Source: an uncultured Thermoplasmata archaeon (GTDB lineage: Archaea; Thermoplasmatota; Thermoplasmata; Lutacidiplasmatales; UBA184). Taken from it: 64,000 nt of DNA. Positions 9,957 to 19,499 of the stretch are shown piece by piece. Every line of letters begins with the position of its first letter. The first letter of the stretch is position 1. Under the pieces are notes generated by a model. It ran no database searches and had not been told where the DNA came from. It was given only the letters and a program-made list of their open reading frames with translations. Both the position numbers and the translations under genes were made by a program. Where the stretch lies: the NCBI GenBank assembly GCA_963708255.1, contig CAVPSE010000005.1, forward strand, positions 94,062-158,061. Direction: 5' to 3'.

Positions 9957-9957
9957 C

Positions 9958-11952
9958 GTGTCGTTCCTCCGCCCCGTCTCCATGACCAAGGTCAGCCTCG
10001 TCGGGCTGAAGGAGGACCGGGAGCGGATCGTCGGCGCCATCCACGATCTGGGGGTCTTCCAGGTGGAGCCGGTCGCGAAGGAGACCCTCGAGTTCGTGGC
10101 CCCCGAGCACGGGAGCGACCAGGCCCGCGCCGTGGCGGACCAGATGATCCGGTTCCGGGGCCTCCGGTCGGCGCTTCCGACGAGCCCCCCCGGCCCCCCG
10201 CAGGCGTTCGCGGACCTCCCTGCCATCCTGGCGGCGACCGGCCGCGTCCCCATCGACGACGAGGTCGGCGCCCTCAAGCGCGAGGAGGACTCGCTCCTGA
10301 CCGAGCGCAAGTCCCTCACCGACCAGATCGATCTCCTCACCCGGTACTCGTTCTACCAGGACCGGCTCGAGCTCCTGTTCGGGAGGTCGATCGTCTCATT
10401 GTTCGGCGAGGCGAAGCCCGAGAAGTTCGAGGAGTTCCGTTCCCAGCTTCCGGCGCTCGCCCACATCCTGACCGGCCCGGTCGGCGCCGACACGGGGTTC
10501 GTCCTCAGCGTGCCGGTCCCCGATGCCGACACGGTCGGCCGCCTGGCCCAGCGTCTTGGCATTCCTCTCACCGCCGCCCCGCGCCTCACCGGCACCCCGT
10601 CGGAGGCCCGGCCGCCGCTCGAGGCGCGCCGCACCGCCGTGGACGCGCGTCTCGGGGAGATCCGTCACCGGCTCGGCGAGATCTCGGCCCAGTGGTTCGC
10701 GACGGTGCTCGCCCTCGAGGAGGCGCTCACCATCGAGAACCGCAAGTTCGAGGCGTACGGTCGGTTGGGCGCCGGCGAGCGGACCTTCACGATCGAGGGA
10801 TGGGTCCCGAAGCGCGACCTGCCCCGCCTCGAGGAGGCGGTCGGAGCGGCCTCCGGGGGCAGCGCCCAGATCTTCCCCCTCGCGACCACCGAGCGGGCCC
10901 CCACCCTCATGGACAACCCCTCCGGGGTCCGGAAGTACGAGTTCTTCATCCGGTTCTACGCGATCCCGCAGGCCGACGAGTGGGACCCGACCTGGGTCTT
11001 CGCGCTCGCGTTCCCGCTGTTCTTCGGCCTCATGCTCGGGGACGTGGGCTACGGGCTCGTGATCCTCCTGGTCTCCCTCTGGTTCATCGCCGGGTTCCCG
11101 GGGGCCGCCAAGCTCCCGAAGGCCCCGAAGAACATGATCAAAACGATCGTCTCGCCGTGGGCGATGCGGGAGATCGCCTACTGCCTCGTGCCGGGATGCC
11201 TCCTCGCGATCGGGGCCGGCGTGCTCTTCGACTCGTTCTTCGGGTTCCACTTCTACCCGAACCCGATCTTCGACCCGATCGCCAAGATCGCCCAGCTCCT
11301 CCTCCTCGCCGGCTACATCGGCGTGGCGATGGTGACCATGGGGTTCGCCCTCGGCGCCCTGAAGGAGTACTACCACCACCACCGCCGCGGCGTCGTTGGC
11401 AAGATCGGGGGCATCGTGCTCACCTGGGGGATCGCCCTGTTCGGCCTATCTGTCCTCCGCAGCCAGACCAGTTTCACCGCCGACCCCGGCTACACCATCG
11501 GGCTCGCATTGACCATCGTCGGGGTCCTGCTGCTCATCGGGGGGGAGGGCGTGATGATCGGGGGCCTCGGGATCATCGAGGTCGTGAGCCACATCCTCTC
11601 CTACACCCGGCTGATCGGGATCCTCCTCGCGTCGGTGATCCTCGCGCTCGTGATCAACGAGATCGCCCAGGGCGCGATCTACGGCGGGGCGATCTTCGGG
11701 ATCATCGGCGGCGTCGTGCTGCTGATCGTTGGCCAGGGGTTCAACATCATCATCGGCGTCTTCGAGCCGGGGATCCAAGGGGCGCGTCTTCTGTTCGTGG
11801 AGAATTTCTCGAAGTACTGCGAGGGGAACGGCCGTCCGTTCCGCCCCCTGCGTTCCAGCCGGAAGTACACCATCGCGTCGGCCCCGTCCACGACCGCCCG
11901 GTCGGTCGCCCCGCTCCCCTCGGGCGCCCCCGCGCGCCCGTCGGGGTCCTAG
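9958..11952 (+). CDS. atpI: A/V-type ATP synthase subunit I (a)
   Basis: FFGLMLGDVGYG, SHILSYTRL, GARLLFVENFSKY; multiple TM segments. Confidence 0.95.
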   Translation: MSFLRPVSMTKVSLVGLKEDRERIVGAIHDLGVFQVEPVAKETLEFVAPEHGSDQARAVADQMIRFRGLRSALPTSPPGPPQAFADLPAILAATGRVPIDDEVGALKREEDSLLTERKSLTDQIDLLTRYSFYQDRLELLFGRSIVSLFGEAKPEKFEEFRSQLPALAHILTGPVGADTGFVLSVPVPDADTVGRLAQRLGIPLTAAPRLTGTPSEARPPLEARRTAVDARLGEIRHRLGEISAQWFATVLALEEALTIENRKFEAYGRLGAGERTFTIEGWVPKRDLPRLEEAVGAASGGSAQIFPLATTERAPTLMDNPSGVRKYEFFIRFYAIPQADEWDPTWVFALAFPLFFGLMLGDVGYGLVILLVSLWFIAGFPGAAKLPKAPKNMIKTIVSPWAMREIAYCLVPGCLLAIGAGVLFDSFFGFHFYPNPIFDPIAKIAQLLLLAGYIGVAMVTMGFALGALKEYYHHHRRGVVGKIGGIVLTWGIALFGLSVLRSQTSFTADPGYTIGLALTIVGVLLLIGGEGVMIGGLGIIEVVSHILSYTRLIGILLASVILALVINEIAQGAIYGGAIFGIIGGVVLLIVGQGFNIIIGVFEPGIQGARLLFVENFSKYCEGNGRPFRPLRSSRKYTIASAPSTTARSVAPLPSGAPARPSGS

Positions 11953-13026
11953 AGCTTCGGGACCACCAGAAGCGCTTCGAGCGCGGCCGGCGTGAGGCCG
12001 TAGAGCTTGCCGTAGATGATGCGCCGCAGGTCCGAACGCTCCAGCTCGGCCAGGAACAGGTAGGAGAACGCCACGGCGATGCTGAGCGGGTAGGTCCTCA
12101 ATCGCTTGAGCTCGCGAACGGCCCGGTCGCGGGTGAGGGAGACCTCGTAGCCGGTCAGGGTCCGGTTCTGCTGGTAGAGGGCGTTCCCCTCCACGAGGGT
12201 GGGGAACCGGTTCGAGAGGGTGTTGACGAGGTCGACGACCGTCCGGCCGCTGTAGGCGTCCTCGAACGCGCTCCTCGGGAGGTCCCCGCCCTCGACGAAC
12301 CGCGTCACCGCGGCCTCCAGGGGGAGCTCGGAGTCCTTCGCCTTGAGGAACAAGAGGGCGTTGCGGATGTCGATCTCGCCCCGGAGGAACGGACCGGACC
12401 ACCCATTCGTCCCCCTGGAAGTACTGCAGGGAGGCGAGCGCGGTCTGGTAGTACTGGCGGTCCAAGGCCTGCAGGAGCGGAAAGATGTCCTTCGTCCGGT
12501 TGTAGTCGTCGAGCAGGCCGAGGAGGGCGGTCCCGTAGCCGAACCGGACCAGCGCCTGGGCGACCGCTTCCACCGTCGGCTGCTGGAGCAGGACCCGAAA
12601 GTCGTCGATGGTCATGGAGCCGGCGAACAGCCCCGCCGGGATGTCCCGGGACGACACGAGGAACGGCTCCGTATCGGCCAGCGGGCGACCCTGGGCCTTC
12701 GCCGACAGGATGAGCCCGATGTTCTGGACGTCCCAGCGGCGCAGGTACGCGCCGATGATCGGCTTGCCCGCGAACGGGGAGGACTCGAGCGCGATCTTGT
12801 TGCGACGGACCGTGGTGCGGTTGATGGCGATCTCCAGGAGCGGGGCGCCCTGGTAGGAGGCAGCGCTGGCGTTGATCTCGGGGCCGTACGGGCTCGCCTC
12901 GAGGGTCTTGATGATCTCGTTGACGTCCGCGGCGGCCACGAGGGCGGGGTACGACTCCTTCGGCAGGAACTCCGGGAAATGGACCAGGAGCCGGCCCAAG
13001 GCGCTCGCGTACGTCGAGCTCGACAA
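11949..13026 (-). CDS. atpC: A/V-type ATP synthase subunit C (d/AC39), frameshift near 12385
   Basis: YASALGRL, YLRRWDVQNI, LDRQYY, then EIDIRN...YLFLAELERSDLRRI in the shifted frame. Confidence 0.85.
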
Positions 13027-13033
13027 GGGCCTC

Positions 13034-13588
13034 CTAGGGGAGGAGCGAACGGACGTCGTCCTCGCGGAGCCGCAACAGCTCGTCGAACGACAGGTTGAGC
13101 CGCCGGGAACCGTCCGGGGTCTCGGCGATCAGCCCCCCGAGGATCGCGACCGGGTGGTCCGGGTCGAAGTTCTTGCCCGCCACCGTCCGAAGGGTGGCCG
13201 CGTCCTCGGCCCGGCCGGTGATGTGGAGCTGCTTGCCCAGCCGGTCGGTCGCGAACGCGACCATCCGCTTCAGGGCGGCCGGGTACTCCGGGTCCTCGGT
13301 GTACTTCGATAGGGACGACCGGACCATGGCGAGGGCCTGCGCGCTCTGCTTCTCCCGGGTCTCGTAGACGAGCTTCCTCGCCTGGAGCTTCGCGGAGGCG
13401 AGCTTCTGGGCGCGTTCGCGCGCCGCATCGGTCTCGGCGAGGCGCTGGCCCTCGTCGACCAGCTGCCGGACCTTATGCTCGCGCTCATCGAGGATCGCCT
13501 TCTCCTGGGCGTCGCCGAGCTTGCGCTCGTCGTCGAGCTCGCGCTCGGCGCGGAGTCGGATCTCCTCGATCAGCCGCTCCAGGGACAT
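13034..13588 (-). CDS. atpE: A/V-type ATP synthase subunit E
   Basis: MSLERLIEEI, a coiled coil, and ILGGLIAETPDG...NLSFD; lies between K and C. Confidence 0.88.
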   Translation of the reverse strand: MSLERLIEEIRLRAERELDDERKLGDAQEKAILDEREHKVRQLVDEGQRLAETDAARERAQKLASAKLQARKLVYETREKQSAQALAMVRSSLSKYTEDPEYPAALKRMVAFATDRLGKQLHITGRAEDAATLRTVAGKNFDPDHPVAILGGLIAETPDGSRRLNLSFDELLRLREDDVRSLLP

Positions 13589-13601
13589 GGGGCGGTGCGG
13601 C

Positions 13602-13832
13602 TCAGAGGATGTGGAGGAGCAGGATCGCGCCCAGCACGAATCCGAGGATCCAGAGCGTCTCGGGGATCACGAAGAAGATCAGCACCTGGCCGAACTTCTC
13701 CGGCTTCTCGGCGATGATCCCCATTCCCGCGGCGCCGATCCCGGACTGGGCCATGCCGGTTCCGATGAGACCGCCCGCGATCGCGATGCCGGCAGCGACG
13801 GCGAGGATCGCCTCTCCAATATCGTATACCAT
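13602..13832 (-). CDS. atpK: A-type ATP synthase proteolipid subunit K (c), single hairpin
   Basis: GTGMAQSGIGAAG, IAEKPEKFG, IPETLWILG. TTATATA box at about 13867-13873 on the minus strand. Confidence 0.95.
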   Translation of the reverse strand: MVYDIGEAILAVAAGIAIAGGLIGTGMAQSGIGAAGMGIIAEKPEKFGQVLIFFVIPETLWILGFVLGAILLLHIL

Positions 13833-13995
13833 GAGGGTGTCTCCGGGCCGCGCAGAATGGTCGGGTATATAACGCGAATCTGCCGCCGGGCGGGCCGGTC
13901 CGTCGGGTGACGGGGAGTTCGTCGCTGCCCCGGCGTCGGCCGGCTCTTGTAGCAGGGGCGTCTGGACCCGTCCGGTGGCCCAAGTGACTGAGGAG

Positions 13996-14691
13996 ATGGC
14001 CCAGATCGCGCGTCAGTTGGCCGAGGACCTGGAGCTCACGAGCCCGCCCGTGCAGATCACCTACCTGGACCAGGCCCCTCCCGGGGTCCCCGCTCACCCC
14101 GGCGGCGCGCCGTCGGTCTGCACGTTCTTCGCCGAGGGGCGGTCCTCGCCGTTCTACGCGGCCCTGCCGGAGCACGAAGCCTGCGAGGTCGGGGCGTTCG
14201 TCCTCGGCGTTGCCCCGGAAGGGGAGCTCGGGAAGCGCCTCATGGCGACCATCGGGATGATGCAGTCGGAGGGGTACCTGGCCCCCGGCGAAGAGGCGAA
14301 GATCCCCCGGAACGCCACCCCCCCCAAGTTCGTCGCCTACGGACCCCTCGGAACCCTTCCGATGCCCCCGACCGATGTGCTCCTGTTCGCGAGCCCCAGG
14401 TCCGCCATGCTCGCCATGGAGGCGTCCACCGCCCCCGTTCCCGTCAACGGTCGACCGATGTGCGCGGTCGTTCCAACCCTCCACGCCGGCGCCCCGGTGG
14501 CGGTCTCGGTGGGGTGCGTCGGGTCCCGGATCTTCACCAACATGGGCGACGACACCATGATGGTCGGTATCCGCGGCGACCGCCTGGGTGAGTTCGCCCA
14601 GCGTCTCCGAACGATCCGTTCGGCGAACGCGGCCGTCGGCGCCGAGGATCAGCGTCGCAAGGCGGGCTACACCCCCGCGCGTCGAGGGTAG
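13996..14691 (+). CDS. DUF169 family protein
   Basis: LELTSPPV, SVCTF, HEACEVG, VAYGPL, DVLLF, PMCA, SVGCVGSR; GAGGAG RBS. Confidence 0.8.
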   Translation: MAQIARQLAEDLELTSPPVQITYLDQAPPGVPAHPGGAPSVCTFFAEGRSSPFYAALPEHEACEVGAFVLGVAPEGELGKRLMATIGMMQSEGYLAPGEEAKIPRNATPPKFVAYGPLGTLPMPPTDVLLFASPRSAMLAMEASTAPVPVNGRPMCAVVPTLHAGAPVAVSVGCVGSRIFTNMGDDTMMVGIRGDRLGEFAQRLRTIRSANAAVGAEDQRRKAGYTPARRG

Positions 14692-14695
14692 GGGC

Positions 14696-15175
14696 CTAGG
14701 CGGCCTCGGCCGCCCCGGGGTGGACGGGCTCGTCCGGCTCGCCCGTGAGGCGGACGAGGTACACCAGGAGCAGGAAGGCGGCGAGGTTGCAAAGGTACGC
14801 CCCGAGGCAGATGATGCACAGCCCCTGGATCACGATCAGCTCGAGGTAGGCGAAGTAGACCGAGAGGGCGAGCCCAAGTCCGGAGACGACGGTGACCGCC
14901 TCCAGGTATCGGCGCTTGTAGGTCCGGAAGGCGAGGATGCCGAGGGCGAGCATCACGACATATCCGGCCACTCCGATCGCCCAGTCAGGGATGCCGAACG
15001 TCGTGGTGTGCCCGGAGTTGTCGATCTTGCCACAGGAGACGTACGAGCTGATCGAGCAGACCCCCTGGGCCGAGACGTTGACGGTCTCGTACCAGGCGTA
15101 CGCCGAGAACGCGAGGCCGGCCACCAGAAGCAGGATGGCGAGCGAGTACGCTGTGTCGGCGCGCATGCGAACCAT
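14696..15175 (-). CDS. Vitamin K epoxide reductase (VKOR) family protein
   Basis: CSISSYVSCGKI loop cysteines, FGIP, and a LCIIC CxxC in a TM helix. Confidence 0.88.
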   Translation of the reverse strand: MVRMRADTAYSLAILLLVAGLAFSAYAWYETVNVSAQGVCSISSYVSCGKIDNSGHTTTFGIPDWAIGVAGYVVMLALGILAFRTYKRRYLEAVTVVSGLGLALSVYFAYLELIVIQGLCIICLGAYLCNLAAFLLLVYLVRLTGEPDEPVHPGAAEAA

Positions 15176-15238
15176 GCCAGGTCCTGAGAGGAGCGAGCCG
15201 GGGCACCTACTTTTGGTTTGAGCCCCCGAGGCCCACCG

Positions 15239-16381
15239 TTAGAGGGTATTGTAGTCGGCCGCGACCGACTGGTACTGGGACAGGATGCTCGCCGGTTGTC
15301 CACCGTCCGCTTTCAGCAGGATCGCAGTGAGCATGTACGCATTGGGGCTGATCAGGTCCCACGCCTGGCCGGTCTGGTTGATGACTTGCCCCAGGACCTG
15401 GCTCGGCTGCAGGTTGAGCGGCTGGAGCTGGGAGGGGTCGACGACGCTCCCCGTGTGGACGTACTGGCCCCCGACCACCGCGAACGGGATCCCGTTGGTG
15501 CCTCCGTCGTAGGCACTGATGTACGCCTGGTCGATGCAGCTGGAGGGGGCCGGCGGAACGGTGTTGGTGTCGACGTCCGACTCCAGGATGTGAATCGCCA
15601 CGAAGTTGCTGGTCAACTGGGCGTTGACGAACGAGAGTTCCGGGGTGCTGGGGTACACGTCCCCGGGATTCGAATGGCCGAGCTCGAGACCCTGCACCGT
15701 ACCGAACCGTTCCAGAGCCCAGTAGAACGCCCAGCTCGATGCCGAGCAGTAGGGGCAGCCGATGGAGCCGTAGAAGAAGAACACCGGGTGGCCCCCCGAC
15801 GTCCAGGTCGGGTTACCGCCATACTCTGTCCAGGTCCCGATCGCCCCGTTGGTGGGGAGGGTGTTCCCGGCCGGGGTCAGCGTCGGGCAGCCCCCCGAGA
15901 TCGCCACCACGGCAAAGACGCCCGCGACCGCCAAGCCCACGACGCATCCCATGACCACGGCGTTCCGGTAGATCGTGTTCCACCGTTCCGCCGTCCTGAG
16001 CAGGGCGAAGGCGAGGACGAAGACGGCCACGAGCAGGAGGATGAGCAGGACCGGGTACGCCGGGAGGTACACGCCGACCGGAGATGGGTAGATGTAGGCC
16101 AGCAAGGCCCAAACTCCCACGGCGGGGACCGCGATCCACCCCGCCCGGGCCAGGGTCCACTTCGCACGGCTGTCGAGCTTGCCGGATTTGGCGGCCTTGC
16201 CGCCTTCGGCCCCGCCCCTTCGGGACGCCTTCGAGCGGCGCTGGTAGTAGAGGGCCCGGAGCTGGCGACCCGGCTCGCCGGAGTCCGCCTCGGCGTGGAA
16301 CTCCACGCTCTCGTCCGAGGCGATCCGGTCCCAATCCCAGCCCTTGGAGCGAAGTCGCTCCACGGACTCCCAGTCGACCAT
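15239..16381 (-). CDS. DUF929-like membrane-anchored thioredoxin-fold protein
   Basis: FFYGSIGCPYCSASSWAFYWALERFG, DVYPSTP, GIPF; about 3 TM helices after a soluble N-terminal domain. Confidence 0.8.
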   Translation of the reverse strand: MVDWESVERLRSKGWDWDRIASDESVEFHAEADSGEPGRQLRALYYQRRSKASRRGGAEGGKAAKSGKLDSRAKWTLARAGWIAVPAVGVWALLAYIYPSPVGVYLPAYPVLLILLLVAVFVLAFALLRTAERWNTIYRNAVVMGCVVGLAVAGVFAVVAISGGCPTLTPAGNTLPTNGAIGTWTEYGGNPTWTSGGHPVFFFYGSIGCPYCSASSWAFYWALERFGTVQGLELGHSNPGDVYPSTPELSFVNAQLTSNFVAIHILESDVDTNTVPPAPSSCIDQAYISAYDGGTNGIPFAVVGGQYVHTGSVVDPSQLQPLNLQPSQVLGQVINQTGQAWDLISPNAYMLTAILLKADGGQPASILSQYQSVAADYNTL

Positions 16382-16481
16382 CCGACGGGGCCAGTACGGG
16401 AGGGCTACTTCTCCTTGACCCTCACCGTTCGGCCTCCCGTCGGCTCGGAGCCCCTAAAAGGGGCGGCCGGCTCCGGCCGCC

Positions 16482-17385
16482 GTGCGCCTCACCTTTCTGG
16501 GGACGGCGGGCTCCTGGCCGACCAAGGAACGGTCCGCGAGCGCCATCGCGCTCGACACGGAACGCGAGCTCGTCCTCCTGGACTGCGGCGAGGGGACCCA
16601 GCGGCAGTTCTTCCAATCCTCGGCGTCGTTCATGCGGGTCCGCCGGATCTTCCTGACCCACTTCCACGGAGACCACTTCCTCGGGCTGCCCGGGCTCATC
16701 CAGAGCATGAACCTGAACAACCGGACCGAGCCCCTCGACATCTACGGTCCGCCGGACGCCAAGGGAATGATCGAGCAGGTGCTCAAGCTGGGCTACTTCA
16801 CCCTGCGGTACCCGATCGAGGTCCACCCCCTCCAGCCCGGGGAGTCCGTCGAGCTCCCGGGGTACACGGTCCGGACCGCGCACGCCGAGCACCCGGTCCC
16901 CGCGCTCGCCTACCGGCTCGATGAGGGGGAAAAACGTGGGACGGTTCGATGGGGAGAAGGCCCGTTCGATGGGGATCCGCGGCGCCGATTTCGGGCGGCT
17001 CGAAGCCGGGGAGAACGTCCGCGTCGGGGAGCAGGTGGTCCGTCCCGAGGACGTCATGGGCCCACCGAGACCCGGTCGGTCCGTCGTGTACTCGGGGGAT
17101 TCGGCCCCGAGCGAGGAGATCCGCAAGCTCGCCCGCCGGGCGACCCTCCTCATCCACGAGGCGACGACCGGCCAGGAGCTGGAGAAGGAGGCCAACGCGT
17201 GGGGGCACTCTTCGGCCCGCCAGGCGGCCCAGATCGCCAAGGACGCCGAGGTGGCGATGCTGTTCCTCACCCACTTCTCCTCCCGGTACAAGGAGCTCCT
17301 CCCCCTCGAGGACGAGGCGAAAGCGGTGTTCAACAGCAGCCTGGCGGCCCGGGACCTCCTCGACCACCTGATCCGGCAGCCATGA
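16482..17385 (+). CDS. rnz: Ribonuclease Z, frameshift near 16930
   Basis: TFLGTAG, DCGEGTQ, THFHGDH, YSGDS, HEAT, GHSS, THFSSRY. Confidence 0.93.
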
Positions 17386-18649
17386 TACGGGCCGGCCTGA
17401 TCGTCGAGGGGATCGGCGAGCTCGCCACCCTGGCCCGGGGCCGGTCCCTCGGGTCGGCCCCGCCCTTGGTGACCTCGGGATCCTCCGGGATGCCGCGATC
17501 GGGATCGATGGGGGCCGGTTCGTCTTCGTCGGGTCGTCGCGACAGGCCCGCGGGAGCCTCCAGCTTCGACGGGGAGGAGAACGGTGGGACGCGGACGGGG
17601 CGGCCGTGGTCCCCGGGTTCGTCGACCCCCACACGCATGTTCTCTTTGCCGGGGATCGGCACGGCGAGGTCGAGGCGAAGATCCGGGGCGCCTCCTACGC
17701 CGAGATCACCAAGAAAGGCGGTGGCCTCTACTCGACGGTCCGGGCGACCCGCCGGGCCCCTGACACCGACCTGTTGCAGGCCACGGCGGAGCGGCTCCGT
17801 CGGATGGGGGCCGCCGGTAGCACCACGATCGAGGTGAAGAGCGGCTACGCCCTCGATCACGTCGGCGAGCTTCGACTGCTTCGCCTCATCCCCCGGCTCG
17901 CCCGGACCACGGGGCTCCGCCTGGTCCCGACCTACCTCGGGGCCCATGCGGTCCCGCCCGAGTTCCGTGGACGCGCCGACGCCTACGTCGATCGCATGAT
18001 CTCCCGGACACTACCGGTGATCGCCCGCGAGAGGCTCGCCTCGGCGTGCGACGTCTTCTGCGAGCCCGGCTTCTTCACGCTCCGTCAGTCCGAGCGGCTC
18101 CTCCGGGCGGCCGCCGCCGTCGGTCTGAGGACGAAGATCCACGCCGACGAGTTCGTCCGGACAGGGGGAGCGCAGCTGGCGGCCCGACTATCGACCGCGT
18201 CCGCCGACCATCTGTTGGCGACCCGGCCGTCGGACCACTCCGCCCTGGCACGCTCGGGCGTGACGGCAGTGATCCTCCCCGTGACGGCGTTCGCCTCGCT
18301 GACGGGGACCCGCCCCCCGGGCCGGGAGCTCGTCGATGCCGGGGCCGTCGTCGCGGTCGGAAGCGACCTCTCCCCGAACTCCTGGGTCGAATCGATGCCG
18401 ACGGTCCTCGCCCACGCCGTCTACGGAGCCCGTCTCACCCCGTCGGAGGCGATCACGGCGGCGACGGTGAACTCGGCCCACGCGTTGGGGGTCTCCGACG
18501 AGGCCGGCACCATCCAGGTGGGCCGATCCGCCGATTTCTCGACGTTCCGGGTCGGCGCCGTCGACGAGATCCCGTACCGGGTGGGGGCGATCCCGGAGCG
18601 GGTTTATCGTCAGGGAATCCGGATTTCTTCGAGGGAAGTCGGACCCTAG
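17382..18649 (+). CDS. hutI: Imidazolonepropionase, frameshift near 17440
   Basis: PGFVDPHTH, EVKSGYAL, LGAHA, DVFCE, KIHADE, SADHL. Confidence 0.9.
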
Positions 18650-18692
18650 GTTCAAATAGGGGGCGTTTCCTCGTCCTCGATGAGGCGCCTAC

Positions 18693-18908
18693 ATGGCGGA
18701 GAAGGTCGGCAAAGAGCAGATCAAGCGAGAGAAGGGCTACCTGTACTATCTTGGCAAGGACGGGTACCTGTGGAAGACCCCCACGAAGCTCAACAAGAGC
18801 GGCAAGAAAGCTAAGGTCGGCACGGAGAAGATCACCCGCCAGGATGGCTACATGTACTTCCTGGACAAGAAGGGGTTCATCTCCCGCGCCAAGATGAAGA
18901 ACGCCTGA
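18693..18908 (+). CDS. Small, very basic 71-aa protein with two tandem repeats
   Basis: KVGKEQIKREKGYLYYLGKDG / KVGTEKITRQDGYMYFLDKKG; strongly GC3-biased codons; followed by a hairpin. Confidence 0.8.
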   Translation: MAEKVGKEQIKREKGYLYYLGKDGYLWKTPTKLNKSGKKAKVGTEKITRQDGYMYFLDKKGFISRAKMKNA

Positions 18909-18932
18909 AGGCGCTCCTCTCTTTCCCCCCTG

Positions 18933-18968
18933 GAAACCCCTTCCTTCGGGAAGGGGTTTCTTATTTTT
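18933..18968 (+). terminator. 12-bp hairpin with a UUCG loop followed by a T-tract
   Basis: GAAACCCCTTCC-TTCG-GGAAGGGGTTTC then TTATTTTT. Confidence 0.75.
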
Positions 18969-19057
18969 CCCCGGATCTGCGACGAGATCGCCCCATCGCC
19001 CGTCGGGGAGCGCTCGGACCTCGCTCCCAAATACCCGGCCCGCCCGTGACCCCATCG

Positions 19058-19222
19058 ATGGTCTGCCGGAACGATCCCGACGATCCTCGAAAGTGCGAAC
19101 GGTGCGGCCAGTTCCTCTGGGTCTCCGACGAGGGGCTGTACTGCGGGGACTGCGGCGTCACCATGCCGTGCACGATGCGGATCCTGCCGCCGCCCACCGA
19201 CCGGGCCGAGCCCGGCCGATAG
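19058..19222 (+). CDS. 54-aa zinc-ribbon microprotein
   Basis: MVCRNDPDDPRKCERCGQFLWVSDEGLYCGDCGVTMPCTMRILPPPTDRAEPGR (two CxxC). AAATA element about 25 nt upstream. Confidence 0.55.
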   Translation: MVCRNDPDDPRKCERCGQFLWVSDEGLYCGDCGVTMPCTMRILPPPTDRAEPGR

Positions 19223-19499
19223 TTGCGCGACTTTGGAACGCGTACGGCCGACGCGGGCTCTCGTACGACCCACGGGATTAAAGCCACGAAGAACTACGGA
19301 CCGTCCGGAGGGTTCGCGAAGGGTGTCCGAGGCCCGCACACCGACGTTCCTGAACGCTCCGGCCGACGAGAAACACTGTTCCGTCAGGTCCCGTTTCTTC
19401 CCGTCACGGCCGGTAGCTCAATAGGAATCGAGGCGTCCGCAGGCTCGTCGATACCGTCCCCACCGACACGGGGTCGCGCATCTTCTCCAGGAAGCAACC

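Noticed and set aside
19408-19450. tRNA-like start GGCCGGTAGCTCAATAGG upstream of nrdJ
   Set aside because: No anticodon arm, T arm, acceptor complement or BHB partner could be found.
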